NCBI GenBank assembly: GCA_050014195.1
Contig: JBEKDT010000019.1
Location: 27,973 to 91,972, forward strand
Source of the DNA: Desulfomonilia bacterium
GTDB taxonomy: Bacteria > Desulfobacterota > Desulfomonilia > UBA1062
Length of the DNA: 64,000 bases
Reading direction: 5' to 3'
Positions 37,846 to 48,410 of the stretch are shown piece by piece. Every line of letters starts with the position of its first letter. Position 1 is the first letter of the stretch. A program made the translations under genes and the position numbers. The notes beneath the pieces were generated by a model. That model was not told the DNA's origin. It searched no databases and was given only the letters and a program-made list of their open reading frames with translations.

Positions 37846-39051
37846 AGATCCGTCTTCAGCACAAGGTCGGTGATGGGGCCTCGGGATTTGCTGCCTTTGA
37901 GGACCATGTGGCCGTAGTTGCGGTGGCCTTTGAACTTGGTGACGATCCAGTTAAGTCCGTTGTTGTATGCATTGAGATAGGGGTGGTCCACCTGGTTGGT
38001 GTCGCCCAGGACGAAACATTTCACATGTTCTCCCATGCGGGTCAGCAATGCGCGTGTCTCGTACCGGGTGATGTTCTGTGCCTCGTCGATGATGACGATG
38101 GCGTCCTCGATGTTCATCCCGCGGATGAAGTTCAGGCTGATGATCTCGATCTTTTTCGGGTTCAGTTCCGGTTTGGAGGCCTTGGGGTCTATGAACAGCG
38201 CATTTGCCGGACGCTGTCCATGCAGTTTCATGATCAGGTACGGTAATGCCCCTCATGTAGGGGGCCAGCTTCTCTTTCTCGTCTCCGGGCAGAAAGCCCA
38301 GGCGTTCGCCGATCTCAACCACAGGCTTGAAGATAAAGATCTTGCCGTACTCCTTAGGCTTCTGGAGCGCGAGTTCAAAGGCACAGGCAAGTGCTATGTG
38401 GCTTTTTCCGAAACCCGCCTCAGACTGGAGCGTCACCACATCGATATGCCTGCACAGCATGAGTTCCATGGCGCAGTTCTGATAGATATTTCTGGGTTTC
38501 ACTCCCCATGGGTTGTGCTCATAGTCGATCTGTACCCCTGTACCCTCGAACCAGAGCTTGTTCTGATGGTCCCACCAAAAACAGTTTGCGATCTTTTCAT
38601 CTTCATGTCCGACAAAGCCCGTATAGTGCTGCGACAGGGACTGGAACGGTTTCGAATCCTTGTACTCCTGGCACTTGATCCCCTCACAGTTAAGCCTGAC
38701 CCGGAACATCCTGTCATTCGAGACAACGACGGGCTCCAGGGCTCCGAAATACTCCTGGGCATTGGCAAATGCGTAACGTATGTCCTCTAGAATGTCATCA
38801 TCGTTTGTCTTGCTCACCGAGTAGGTCTTGGTGGGGATATGGATGACGCTGAAGTCCCTGTCGTGTTCGAGCCTGTCGGCAACCAGCGCGATGATGTGGG
38901 TCAGATCCGGCCTCGTCTTGAGGCGATCGAGCTCCATGATCACCGAGTAGGGGATAAGGACCTTGTTCTCCTGGCCGTTCCTGAATGCCTCTAGACAATC
39001 CGGGTTTTCTATCAGGGTGTTTGTATCGAGAATATATACCTTCTGCATCAT
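37842..39051 (-). pseudogene. PIN-PhoH protein (PhoH2/YlaK-like) with one frameshift
   Basis: ILDTN PIN domain, AGFGKS, GFLPG in one frame; FIRG, DEAQN, LTR, GD..QVD in another; extra base at ~38240. Confidence 0.88.
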
Positions 39052-39325
39052 TCTCCCAGGTGCGTCATTTCACATCTCACGTGTGTTTGTACAGAGATCA
39101 TACTATCACAGCCGAAGAAAAGGCAAAGGCAAAAAGGGTGCATTAGCGGTAACAGATGAAAAGGTAAGAGATTTAATTTCATACCGTCGTCAACCTTCCT
39201 CATTAAATTACTTAAGAAAATGAAATGGAATCTTTCCCATGCAAAGGGGAGGGCTTGAGGCAGCCGGAAACGCCTCTTGATTGTTCCAATATGCGGGTTA
39301 TCAAAGGAATAGGGGTAAGTACCCT

Positions 39326-40252
39326 ATGACGAGCAGAATAGTATCGCCCCAGGTCCTGTACGACCACCTCAAGGAAGGTGAACCCATTGTCCTCATCGAC
39401 GTTATGGTGGACGATCATTTCAGGTCTGTCCATCTGCCTGGTGCCATAAACGTGTGCGTGTACGAGATAATCTTCCTTGACAATATTGCCGGGTTCATAC
39501 CTGAAAAGGACTCTGAGATCGTCATTTACGGATCGAGCGACCAATCCCTGGAGGCGGCTACTGCAGCGGAGAAGCTCGTTGGTGCAGGCTATTGCTCTGT
39601 AAGCGTACTGCAAGGCGGGCTCAAGGGCTGGAAGGCATCCGGCTACGAACTCGAGGGTGAAGATATCGGGATCGTTGACAGGGTGGAACCGGCCATGACG
39701 TCCGAAAACACGTGGTATTTAGTTGACACCGGGCAGAGCATTATTCACTGGTTCGGACGGAACAGGAATACAACGCATCACGGGACTCTCAGGTTGTACT
39801 CGGGTGAGATCGGCATTAGGGATGGCAAGATTGAGGGCGCTTTTGAGATAGATATGACATCCATAAAGGACATCGACCTTGACGGCGACCCTCTCCAGCC
39901 GAACCTGGTCGCACACCTGATGTCGGAAGACTTCTTTTTTGTCAGGCTTTTCCCAAAAGCCTTCTTCACAATCAGATCCGCAGATCAGATTGAAGAGGTG
40001 CCGTCAAGCCTCCCTAATTTCAGGGTGCATGGGATTTTCGAGATGCGGGGGCTTAAGAACGACATTGAGTTCCTTGCAACAGCGAGCCCCCTGCAGGAAG
40101 GATTTATCAAGATCGAGGCACATTTCGACATCGACCGAACACGCTGGGGCGTGCTCTACGGCTCAAGCCGGTTTTTTGAACACCTGGGGTATCACCTGGT
40201 CTATAACCCCATAAGCCTCCAGGTACTGCTTGTCGCCAGACTCAGGGCATAG
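39326..40252 (+). CDS. rhodanese-YceI fusion protein
   Basis: HLPGAIN, LQGGLKGW rhodanese; HL.S.DFF, IDRTRWG YceI. Confidence 0.88.
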   Translation: MTSRIVSPQVLYDHLKEGEPIVLIDVMVDDHFRSVHLPGAINVCVYEIIFLDNIAGFIPEKDSEIVIYGSSDQSLEAATAAEKLVGAGYCSVSVLQGGLKGWKASGYELEGEDIGIVDRVEPAMTSENTWYLVDTGQSIIHWFGRNRNTTHHGTLRLYSGEIGIRDGKIEGAFEIDMTSIKDIDLDGDPLQPNLVAHLMSEDFFFVRLFPKAFFTIRSADQIEEVPSSLPNFRVHGIFEMRGLKNDIEFLATASPLQEGFIKIEAHFDIDRTRWGVLYGSSRFFEHLGYHLVYNPISLQVLLVARLRA

Positions 40253-40310
40253 AAACAGGTGCACATAGGCAGGTGCGGGCCGAGCAAAGCCCTTTCTACA
40301 TACTGGTTAT

Positions 40311-41252
40311 TCACTTCCCAGCTGCCTTTCGCTTTTTGCTGAATCTGTACCGGATCTTCCCCGAGAGGTAGGAGAATTCCATCAGCACCTTTATCAGGCC
40401 GGTGTACGGAAGAAGCCAACGTCCCTTGGGGAGCCTTTCCTTGTTTATGCGGGGGTCTTCTATGCGGCCGAGTTCCACCTCTTCCACGAGAACGCCCGGT
40501 CCTTGCCTCAATGATGCAAGGACGCGTCCGTTCCTGTCCACAATGGCCGAGCGGCCGACAAACTCCGCATTTGCCCGCAGCAGGGGCATGCCGGGCACCG
40601 GCGAATCGAAACTGCCGGTTTTGTTGGAGATGACCAAAGGCACCGGCAGGATGCCGGTGTAGATGGCGGCCGTCTTTTCATACACATCCACCCAGTTTTT
40701 TCTGTGCCCCGGCAGGATGAACCAGGGGAGCCCGGGGCAGGAATAGGTAATGAGCAGGATCTCCGGCATGCCATCGATCAGGCTGGATACCGTATGGGTC
40801 TTGCTGGAGTCGAAGCAGATGGAGACGCCGACCCGGCCGATGGGGGTGGCAAAGACGTTCGGGCTCAGTCCCCCTCCTGCGAAGAAATATGCCTCGTAGC
40901 TTGCAGGCTCGATCTTGCGGTGCGACCAGAAATCATGCTCCCCGGGCCCGACCAGGATGAAGGTGTCATAAAAATCCTCATCGGATTTCTCCAGGATGCA
41001 GGTGCCTATAAACACATCGTGGGCTTTGCACAGGCCCTTGAGCCACATGAAGGTCCTCCCCTTGAGCGGTTCGGCCATGGTCCACAGCGAGTCATCGAAC
41101 ACATAGCCGATGAGTGCCGCCTCGGGAAGGAGTATCAGCCTCGCCCCCTTTTTCACGGCCTCTTCGATGAGTACGAGCGCCCTTGAGACGTTTCCCTCGT
41201 AATCATTGTTCTTGGAAACCATCTGTATGGATGCCACCTTGAGCCTTTTCAT
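40311..41252 (-). CDS. carbon-nitrogen hydrolase (nitrilase superfamily)
   Basis: LPE, HRK, ICFD catalytic triad motifs. Confidence 0.9.
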   Translation of the reverse strand: MKRLKVASIQMVSKNNDYEGNVSRALVLIEEAVKKGARLILLPEAALIGYVFDDSLWTMAEPLKGRTFMWLKGLCKAHDVFIGTCILEKSDEDFYDTFILVGPGEHDFWSHRKIEPASYEAYFFAGGGLSPNVFATPIGRVGVSICFDSSKTHTVSSLIDGMPEILLITYSCPGLPWFILPGHRKNWVDVYEKTAAIYTGILPVPLVISNKTGSFDSPVPGMPLLRANAEFVGRSAIVDRNGRVLASLRQGPGVLVEEVELGRIEDPRINKERLPKGRWLLPYTGLIKVLMEFSYLSGKIRYRFSKKRKAAGK

Positions 41253-41297
41253 GGTCCCCTCCTTATCTCTTTTCTGGTTTTTATTGGCACGATGGCC

Positions 41298-41933
41298 TCA
41301 TTGTCTGTCGGGCTTCACTGCCAGTTTGGGCAGAAGTGCCTGCGACCAGGCTTTGATAGCGTTCCATTGGCGGAAGTCACCCTCAGGCACCTTGACGAAG
41401 TGTTGAACAGCCATGCGTGCGAAAAAGCCCAGCTTCGAATAGTCCATTTTCCCTGGAAACAGCCCGACATCCACCGGAGCGACCTGCTCGCGCAGAGGGT
41501 CCAGATATGCACCTGCAATCTTCCGGTTCTCGGGTGTATCGTCCTTCATGGTCATGCAGACGATAAAATAGGCCGTAGGGATTTTCCGGAGTTCTGTCCT
41601 GTGGTCCTTCACGAAACTCATCACATCCGGCTTCACCTTGCCGGCCCTGATGGCGCTGCCGATGACAACGGCATGGTACCCGACCAGGGTCTTTACCGAT
41701 TGCACGGGCTTGACCTCCACCCTTGCGCCGCCTTCAGCAAAAGTCTTGCCGATGAAGTCCGCAACCTCTGCCGTTGAGCCTGCCCATGTGCCATATACTA
41801 CCAGGATGCTGCTCGACATGTTTTTATCCCCATAGCCGATATCGATGAGTTTAACATCTTTCGAACCGCAGCACGCGAGCATGCTTAAGCCCAGCATGCA
41901 CACCCACAGCCACCATGATTGCTTACGGGACAT
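41298..41933 (-). CDS. flavodoxin-domain (HemG-like) protein with signal/lipoprotein N-terminus
   Basis: VYGTWAGSTAEVA, VVIGSAI, EGDFRQW; RBS before ATG 41933. Confidence 0.8.
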   Translation of the reverse strand: MSRKQSWWLWVCMLGLSMLACCGSKDVKLIDIGYGDKNMSSSILVVYGTWAGSTAEVADFIGKTFAEGGARVEVKPVQSVKTLVGYHAVVIGSAIRAGKVKPDVMSFVKDHRTELRKIPTAYFIVCMTMKDDTPENRKIAGAYLDPLREQVAPVDVGLFPGKMDYSKLGFFARMAVQHFVKVPEGDFRQWNAIKAWSQALLPKLAVKPDRQ

Positions 41934-42098
41934 GTTTGAACCCCTCTTTAGGACCTGTTTATTCATTACTACCTCGTAAAGAGAAGGGAGGCAAGACCTA
42001 CCACCCGCCGGAGGAGGGGATTGACCCGGATAATCTTCAATGGAGATCTTCCCTTCACTGACATGGACGAATCTCTGGATGTTATCAGGCATGAGCCT

Positions 42099-44023
42099 TT
42101 ATAAAATGTTCATGATATGCGCCAGGCTGCCGGCGACGAGGAGGGCAACGGTCGTGTTCAGGAGCATGGAGTACAGGGCGATCTTCCAACCACCCTCCTT
42201 CCAGAGCGTGGATATGGTGGCAATGCAGGGAATATACAGGACCGTAAAGACCACGAGCACGAGGATCTGGCCATGAGACAGGACGGACGAGACATCTGAG
42301 GTATGAAGCGCCTGGTTAAGCATCAATAAGGTGAGCTCCTTGCGGAAGATGCCCAGGAACAGCGTGATGCCCGTCTGGTCCGGGAGGTTCAGGATTCCCG
42401 ATGTGATGGGAGACAGGACAGCGTTCACCGGCTTGTCCATCCCGACATGCGTGATAAATGCCAAAGCCAGGCTCGAGATGACGATGACCGGCCAGGCAAG
42501 GGTGAGGAACTCGCGAAGCCTCCACCATACTTTCTTGGCCACCAGATGGAGATAGGGCCTCCTCAGCGGCGGCACATCCATGATGATGCCGGGAGCCATG
42601 TCGACCTGCAGCCGTGACAGGAGGAACGAAACACAAAGGGCCACGGCAATGTTGCCGAAGTAAATGGCAGTAGTGTAGGCGGCGCCCAGGTATTTGCCTG
42701 CAAGGGCCAGGATAACCACCGTCCTGGCCGAGCACGCGATGAACGGGATGATGAGCATGGTAAGGATGCGGTCGCGCTCGTATTCAAGGCCGCGGGCTGC
42801 CATGATGGCGGGCACACTGCACCCGTACCCCAGGATGAGGGGAACCGCCGACTTTCCGTGCAGGCCGAACCGGTGGAGGATTCCGTCCACCATAAAGGCG
42901 ATCCTGGGCAGCAGGCCTGAATCCTCGAGGATGGCAAGCAGGACGAGCAGGGGGATGAGGTAAGGCAGCACGATCCCAATGCCAGCCGTCATGCCGTTGT
43001 AGAGCCCTGATACGGCAACAGCAGCGAGCCCCGATGTCATATTGGTGAGTCTCTGCCCGAGCGCATCCAGGGGCCGCTCGATCATGCCCGAGAGGAGGTC
43101 ACCCAGACTAAACGATGCATAGAACATGACGAACAGCAGGCTTAGGATCGCTACAAAGCCCCCTGCCGGGTTGATGATGAAATGATCGATCCTTTCCCTG
43201 AGATCCATGCCGTCCCTGTGCTTTACGGTTGCGATCTGTTCGAACAGGTCGAACACGATGGCGTGGCGGTGTGACGCGAACACCCCTGCCTCGGGCCAGT
43301 TGTGTATGTCTGCCAGCTGCTTCCGCTGCTTAATGACATACTCGAGGAAACCCTTGTCCATTTTACCGACCGTGCGTTCGAATTCTTCATCCATCTCCAG
43401 GAGCCTGATGATCACGAACCGCTCGTCCATCTTCAGGCCGTCCTTAAGGCTTGAGGGATAGAGTGCCGCTATGGTGGAGATGCACTCCTCCACATCCCGG
43501 TCGTATACAGGCTTAATCTGTTTGGGCTCCCCCCGGGCGATCCCGGCTGCCGCCTCGAAAATCTCGCGTACCCCGGTGCCGTCCACTGCGATCACCGGAA
43601 CGGCCTCTACACCGGTTAGGGTCTTGAGTTTTTTGAGGTCTATGTCGATGCCTTTTTTCTGTGCCTCGTCGAACATGTTCAGGCCGATCACCATGGGGAT
43701 GTTCATCTCCATAAGCTGTATGGTGAGCTCCAGTGAGCGGGCCAGCAGTGATGTGTCGAGCACGTTGATGATGACATCCACCGTGCCCGAGAGCAGATAG
43801 TCACGGGCAACCTTTTCGGCAATGTCATGGGAGGAGATGGAGTAGGTCCCGGGCAGGTCGATGAGCCGTGCGGTCCTGCCTCCGATGAGCACCTTTGTCT
43901 CGGTGAAGGATACTGTTGTACCGGCGAAGTTTCCGGTATCCACCTTGAACCCGGCCACGGCATTGAATATGGTGGACTTGCCGCAGTTGGGCTGTCCGGC
44001 AAGGGCTATGACGAGCTGTTCAT
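42099..44023 (-). CDS. feoB: ferrous iron transporter B (apparent 1-bp deletion at codon 2)
   Basis: GQPNCGKST lies upstream of the track start; DLPG, NMFD, gate motifs GYGCSVPA, CSAR, LYIPC. Confidence 0.9.
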
Positions 44024-44301
44024 GAGGGCTTTTCAGGACTCACCTCTACGGCTTTGGCCATGCCCCGGCCGATCATGATCCGGGCGCCGGATGTGAGATC
44101 CTCCACGAGCAATGGGCCATGGAACGGGGCGGTCCTGATGAGCCTGATGCGTTTCCCCTCGCGGATTCCGTAACCGTCCATGCGGGCCGTCATGTGTCTG
44201 CCGCCATTGATCCTCTTGATCACCGCTGTTTCACCTTGCTTCAGCTCCAGTAAGGTAAAAGGATTCTTCTCCTGGTTATATGTGTCCGAGGTTTTTTGCA
44301 T
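44020..44301 (-). CDS. feoA: ferrous iron transport protein A
   Basis: L.EL..GE.A.I..I, GI.EG..I, APFHGP, IGRGMA. Confidence 0.9.
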   Translation of the reverse strand: MQKTSDTYNQEKNPFTLLELKQGETAVIKRINGGRHMTARMDGYGIREGKRIRLIRTAPFHGPLLVEDLTSGARIMIGRGMAKAVEVSPEKPS

Positions 44302-44407
44302 CGCGGGGTGAGCCTTTCAATACCTTGCCGGTGCCAGCACTGCCCAGAACAGAGGGCATGTTTGATGATAGGGAATGAGTGTGAAAGGGCATAAAAGATT
44401 TCATGCC

Positions 44408-44947
44408 TTAGCCCCCGGTGCCGGTTTTGTTCCGGCAGTCCGGGCATATGCCGATGAGCTCGAGATGATGGCCCTCAAGGGCGAACCCGTGTTCCCTGGC
44501 TACTGCCTCCTGGAGGACCTCAATGGCCTGGTAGGTGAACTCGACCTTTTTCCCGCAGCGTGAACAGACGAGGTGATCGTGGTGTTCATGGTCCCAGATG
44601 TGCTCGTACCATACCCCGCCGGCAGCTGTTTCTTCCCGTATGGATGCCCTGCGGATTATGCCTGCCTGGACGAGCAGGGCCAGGTTCCGGTACACCGTAG
44701 TCAGCGACAGGCTGTAGCCCTGTGCCTTGAGGAGATCGAGCACATGATAGGGGTGAAAGTGACCTTCAATATCGCAAACAGTTTGCAATAAAGAGAGCCG
44801 TTCTTTCGTCAGCCTCCCACCGGCAGAGACCAATAATGAGCTTAATTTATCAACACAATAGCCATTAGGGGAACAGCTCTTGCACCTTGGTTTCAGATAC
44901 TCTTGTTGCATATTATTTTCAATAATAGCTTGCAGAGGATCTGTCAA
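44408..44947 (-). CDS. Fur family transcriptional regulator
   Basis: RLTKER, SLTTVYRNL, HHDHLVCSRCG, GICPDC; start uncertain. Confidence 0.9.
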   Translation of the reverse strand: MTDPLQAIIENNMQQEYLKPRCKSCSPNGYCVDKLSSLLVSAGGRLTKERLSLLQTVCDIEGHFHPYHVLDLLKAQGYSLSLTTVYRNLALLVQAGIIRRASIREETAAGGVWYEHIWDHEHHDHLVCSRCGKKVEFTYQAIEVLQEAVAREHGFALEGHHLELIGICPDCRNKTGTGG

Positions 44948-44998
44948 TATCCAATGATTCGGATCATAAAACCGACACCGACGTTTTATAGCCCATGA

Positions 44999-45955
44999 TC
45001 ATATCTTACAGCGGAGAAAGCCATATAACGCCGCTCCCCGGAGCCCGTTATTTTCGTTTGTGTTCAAATAGATCGGAAGCTGATCGAGAAAGGGGCTTTT
45101 CAGGGTTGAGGTTACAAATTCATTCCGGAAAATATCGTTGTTCACCAAGAATGGATAGTTGCCTGCAAGGCCGCCTGCTATGAATAACATGCCGGCAGAA
45201 GACAGCTTGGTGAGACAGTAGTTTCGACAGGAACGTGCATAAAATGTGGCAAACCATTTTGTCGTATCGTTTTCAGGGGTGATCTTTCTTGCAATCTGGT
45301 CAGGGGCCAGGTCTTCACCGGTCAGGAAATTATGCAGCAGCGCAAGGCCGGGGCCCGAAACAACGGTATCGCCTGTGGGGTATGGGATATTCATTTTCTT
45401 CAGGATGAATGCCCTGAAATCCAACTCTTCTTGATTAATGAAGGGATACGGGATCTGGCCTGCTTCGGCCGGAATAGGTATGTACCCTCCTGACCCGTCG
45501 TACTTCAGATAACAATGTCCTAATCCTGTTCCGGCGCCGACAACAGCTATGTCACATGGCGTGCAGAACTTGCCGTCTTTGATCTTTATCTGATCGGATG
45601 TTGCCTGAGATAAACAACCATATCCCTGCGCCATGAAGTCATTGATAAAATATATGGGTAGATGAAAACGTTTTTTCAGCTGCCCAATGTCGATTGCCCA
45701 GGATACATTCACCATTTCCACCCTTTTCTCATCGAGAACAGGGCCGGGTACGGCAACGACCAATGCATCGCAATCGGATATGATAAGTTCGGGGCAGTTC
45801 ATCTCTTGTTGTTTGATCAATTCTTCAAATGAACTGGCATCACCTGTCTTGAGCCAGATACTGTTTATGAAACTCATCGAGTTTTGGGAATGGACTTCAA
45901 AGAGTGCAAACCTGCTGTTTGTCCCGCCGATATCGACGACAAATATTTTTTTCAT
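44999..45955 (-). CDS. glk: glucokinase
   Basis: DIGGTNSR, PGPV, INDF, GAGTGLG, SGPGL, IAGG. Confidence 0.88.
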   Translation of the reverse strand: MKKIFVVDIGGTNSRFALFEVHSQNSMSFINSIWLKTGDASSFEELIKQQEMNCPELIISDCDALVVAVPGPVLDEKRVEMVNVSWAIDIGQLKKRFHLPIYFINDFMAQGYGCLSQATSDQIKIKDGKFCTPCDIAVVGAGTGLGHCYLKYDGSGGYIPIPAEAGQIPYPFINQEELDFRAFILKKMNIPYPTGDTVVSGPGLALLHNFLTGEDLAPDQIARKITPENDTTKWFATFYARSCRNYCLTKLSSAGMLFIAGGLAGNYPFLVNNDIFRNEFVTSTLKSPFLDQLPIYLNTNENNGLRGAALYGFLRCKI

Positions 45956-46133
45956 TTCTTCTCCGGTAGCATCATTTCAAGCCGTCACCTCTTTATAAAA
46001 TAACACAGAAAAAAGGGAACAGGGATATTTTTTAAGTGACCGGCTGAAGAATCACATACAAGGGACTGACAAAAAATATGGTCCTTTTCTCAAAGAGAAG
46101 GGTCTGTAATAAAGGCTATAGGCAATACACGCA

Positions 46134-46463
46134 TCAACAGCTGCATGACCCGCCGGTCGTATTCGCCGATGATTTCTTGGGATCTACGACGCAGCTGCAT
46201 GAGGAATCATTACGTCCAAGCATACCATTGATTACGGCCGCCGCACAACCCACCCCGGCCTGGACGGACACCGCATCGGCAGGACAGTTCCGGCTGCATG
46301 CACCGCACTCCATACAGGCATCCCTATTCTGGACATGCACCCGTTTGCCGTTCATCTTCAAGACCTCATGAGGGCAGACCTCCAGGCACATCCCGCATCC
46401 GGTGCATTTGTTTCCATCGACTTGTAACGTTACAACATTTTTAAGATAAACGAGCTTCTGCAT
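46134..46463 (-). CDS. hgcB: mercury methylation ferredoxin HgcB
   Basis: two CxxCxxCxxxCP motifs, CMECGAC, GVGCA, Cys-rich tail; 9 bp after hgcA. Confidence 0.93.
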   Translation of the reverse strand: MQKLVYLKNVVTLQVDGNKCTGCGMCLEVCPHEVLKMNGKRVHVQNRDACMECGACSRNCPADAVSVQAGVGCAAAVINGMLGRNDSSCSCVVDPKKSSANTTGGSCSC

Positions 46464-46472
46464 AGTGTGCTC

Positions 46473-47621
46473 CTAAAAAACAAATCTTGATACAAACCAC
46501 ACGGCGAGCCCGGAAACCCCTGTGCCTATCTCCAGGGGCAGGGCCCAGCGCATTTCCTTCTTCACCCCGGATAGGGATGTGTATGTTGAAGCGCCGGTAA
46601 AGTTCATGGCCAGGTACGCAGTTATTGCACATACCATCAACAGCCAGGCGCTTGCTTCGAGAACACCATGCAGGGATTGCAGGTTGTCTCCCAGCATATA
46701 GATCAGTGCAAGGGCTGTGAGGAAACCGAGGGTAAGCCCCTTTGTTGTGAAGGCCCTGCCCGGCAGATACGGAAGGAGGATGGGATTGAGCACTGTCCCG
46801 GCAAAAATAGCCCCCAGAATGGCAATGAGAGAAAACACACCATCTCCCTGGATGTTCTGCATGAACCCCTCACGGCCGCTGAATCCGATGATGATCAGCA
46901 TGACCGGGATGATTATCAGAGCGGCCTTGATGGCTTCAATAAGCTCTATCGGGATGAGTACCACTCGTTCTTTCAGGGGGAAGGTCTTCAGTCTCATCGC
47001 CGGTGTCGCCTTCATCCCGGCATCGAGATAGGTGGGAAGGTCACCCGCATGGATCGGTCCATAGTGAACCTTAAACCCTGAAAATTTTTTCACCAGATGG
47101 GCTGCTACACCAGGCGCGCCAAGTTGCGGCAGGATCAGGTCACGATGTTTGACCATGTCTTTCAAGCCGCTTGCAGAGATACGGCGCAAGAGTTCCTCGG
47201 TTCCGAATGTCCCCTTGCCGGCTGCGCACCAGACATTGATCCCCTTGGAGTCCAGGACAAGAATCCATGCATTTCTCCCCGGCAGAGAACCCCGGAGGCT
47301 GTCGAAGCTCATCTTGTAGTTGGCCGTCACCAGTACCGGGGAATCCTCATCCGGCTGTCCCAGGGCATAGAGTCCGGGATCGACGGTGTAGTGCATCCTC
47401 CCCACACCGAAGCGCGCCTTGATGGTACCCCAGCGATCTTCCCGCTTCAATGAAGCAGTCACACGGGGGACCTTCCCCGAAGGCCCTTCCAACCAACCGC
47501 TCACACATGGCTGATCCAGGCGGGGTGGCTTTATCGCGGCCGCTCCATCTGCCGGATAGGGCGCCATGGGCAAAAGGATCTTTGTATCGGGCTGGCCTTC
47601 CGAACACTCTTTTTCAGTCAT
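46473..47621 (-). CDS. hgcA: mercury methylation corrinoid protein HgcA
   Basis: cap-helix GINVWCAAGKGTF, TANYK.SFD, C-terminal TM helices, NFTGASTYTSLSGVKKE. Confidence 0.96.
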   Translation of the reverse strand: MTEKECSEGQPDTKILLPMAPYPADGAAAIKPPRLDQPCVSGWLEGPSGKVPRVTASLKREDRWGTIKARFGVGRMHYTVDPGLYALGQPDEDSPVLVTANYKMSFDSLRGSLPGRNAWILVLDSKGINVWCAAGKGTFGTEELLRRISASGLKDMVKHRDLILPQLGAPGVAAHLVKKFSGFKVHYGPIHAGDLPTYLDAGMKATPAMRLKTFPLKERVVLIPIELIEAIKAALIIIPVMLIIIGFSGREGFMQNIQGDGVFSLIAILGAIFAGTVLNPILLPYLPGRAFTTKGLTLGFLTALALIYMLGDNLQSLHGVLEASAWLLMVCAITAYLAMNFTGASTYTSLSGVKKEMRWALPLEIGTGVSGLAVWFVSRFVF

Positions 47622-47660
47622 ATCTTCACCTTTAATAGAGAATTGATCCGTGCACACCGT

Positions 47661-48161
47661 TCAAAGTATAGCCGGGCACTTGCACCGGACCGACCCGGCA
47701 TCTCCCTCGCACCGTGTGGAGGAAACATTCTGCATGGCAGTGAGGAATATACGGACTCCTTCAAGGACTTCTTCCCTCTTCTCTTCAGGTATCTCATTCC
47801 GAACGGCCCGTATGAAGGTCAAGAGGCACTGCCAGACCTTCTCATGCACCTCACGGCCTTCTTCTGTCAGCTTCAACGTGGCAGCCCGCGAATCGTGATC
47901 CGCCTTATCCCGAACGATCAGGTTCCGCTTGATGAGCGGTGCGACAAGGCGTGTCGTGGTGCTTTTATCAACGGATAACGCATCATGCAGGCTTGCCATG
48001 TTCAATGTCCGGTTCCTCTCAACAGTATCCAGGATGATGAATTGGGTATATGTCACATCTTCACAGAATACCTCGTCCTGGCGGCAGCAGCGGACTGCCT
48101 TCGACAGCTCGGCCATGATGGAGAGGATTTCCCGGTCCTTAGATAATATCACATGCTTCAT
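47661..48161 (-). CDS. MarR family regulator with Cys motifs
   Basis: VTYTQ..IL, DKSTTTRLV..L, D.R...LKLTEEG; CC...C near N-terminus, C..CKC near C-terminus. Confidence 0.9.
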   Translation of the reverse strand: MKHVILSKDREILSIMAELSKAVRCCRQDEVFCEDVTYTQFIILDTVERNRTLNMASLHDALSVDKSTTTRLVAPLIKRNLIVRDKADHDSRAATLKLTEEGREVHEKVWQCLLTFIRAVRNEIPEEKREEVLEGVRIFLTAMQNVSSTRCEGDAGSVRCKCPAIL

Positions 48162-48162
48162 G

Positions 48163-48195
48163 GTTGTATTATACAACTAAAACGTCCCTTGTCAA
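48163..48195 (-). promoter_or_regulatory. consensus sigma70 promoter with overlapping palindromic operator
   Basis: TTGACA-N16-TATAAT; GTTGTAT-A-ATACAAC (48163-48177) overlaps -10; ATG starts 7 nt after -10. Confidence 0.85.
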
Positions 48196-48269
48196 GGGGC
48201 TTGTGCCTATTCCATTTCCCAATCAAAGATGATATCGATGCGGCAACGAAGATGCGACGCAGGCGTATA

Positions 48270-48361
48270 CCATATGAAGTGGACTGATTAACATAGTTAT
48301 CGATTCAAGATGTTCACCTTTCAGCGTTAGAGAGAGCGCTGATTTATCGCAGAGATCTATG
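48270..48361 (-). repeat. cassette-boundary repeat, copy E4
   Basis: aagatgttca...ttatcgcagagatctatg aligns ungapped with E1/E2; tggactg..catag shared with E2; GCATAGATCTCTGCGAT identical to E5. Confidence 0.75.
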
Positions 48362-48410
48362 CTATTGTCTGAGTGAAGTATATTGATCCGCAGACCTGCC
48401 ACTTATTAGT

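Noticed and set aside
46113-46136. hgcB TGA as selenocysteine (would give ...CSCUCVYCL)
   Set aside because: No convincing SECIS-like hairpin at the right distance, and the protein already ends in Cys; not excluded.
47520-47657. Sec-containing N-terminal extension of HgcA
   Set aside because: No in-frame TGA in the N-terminal region.
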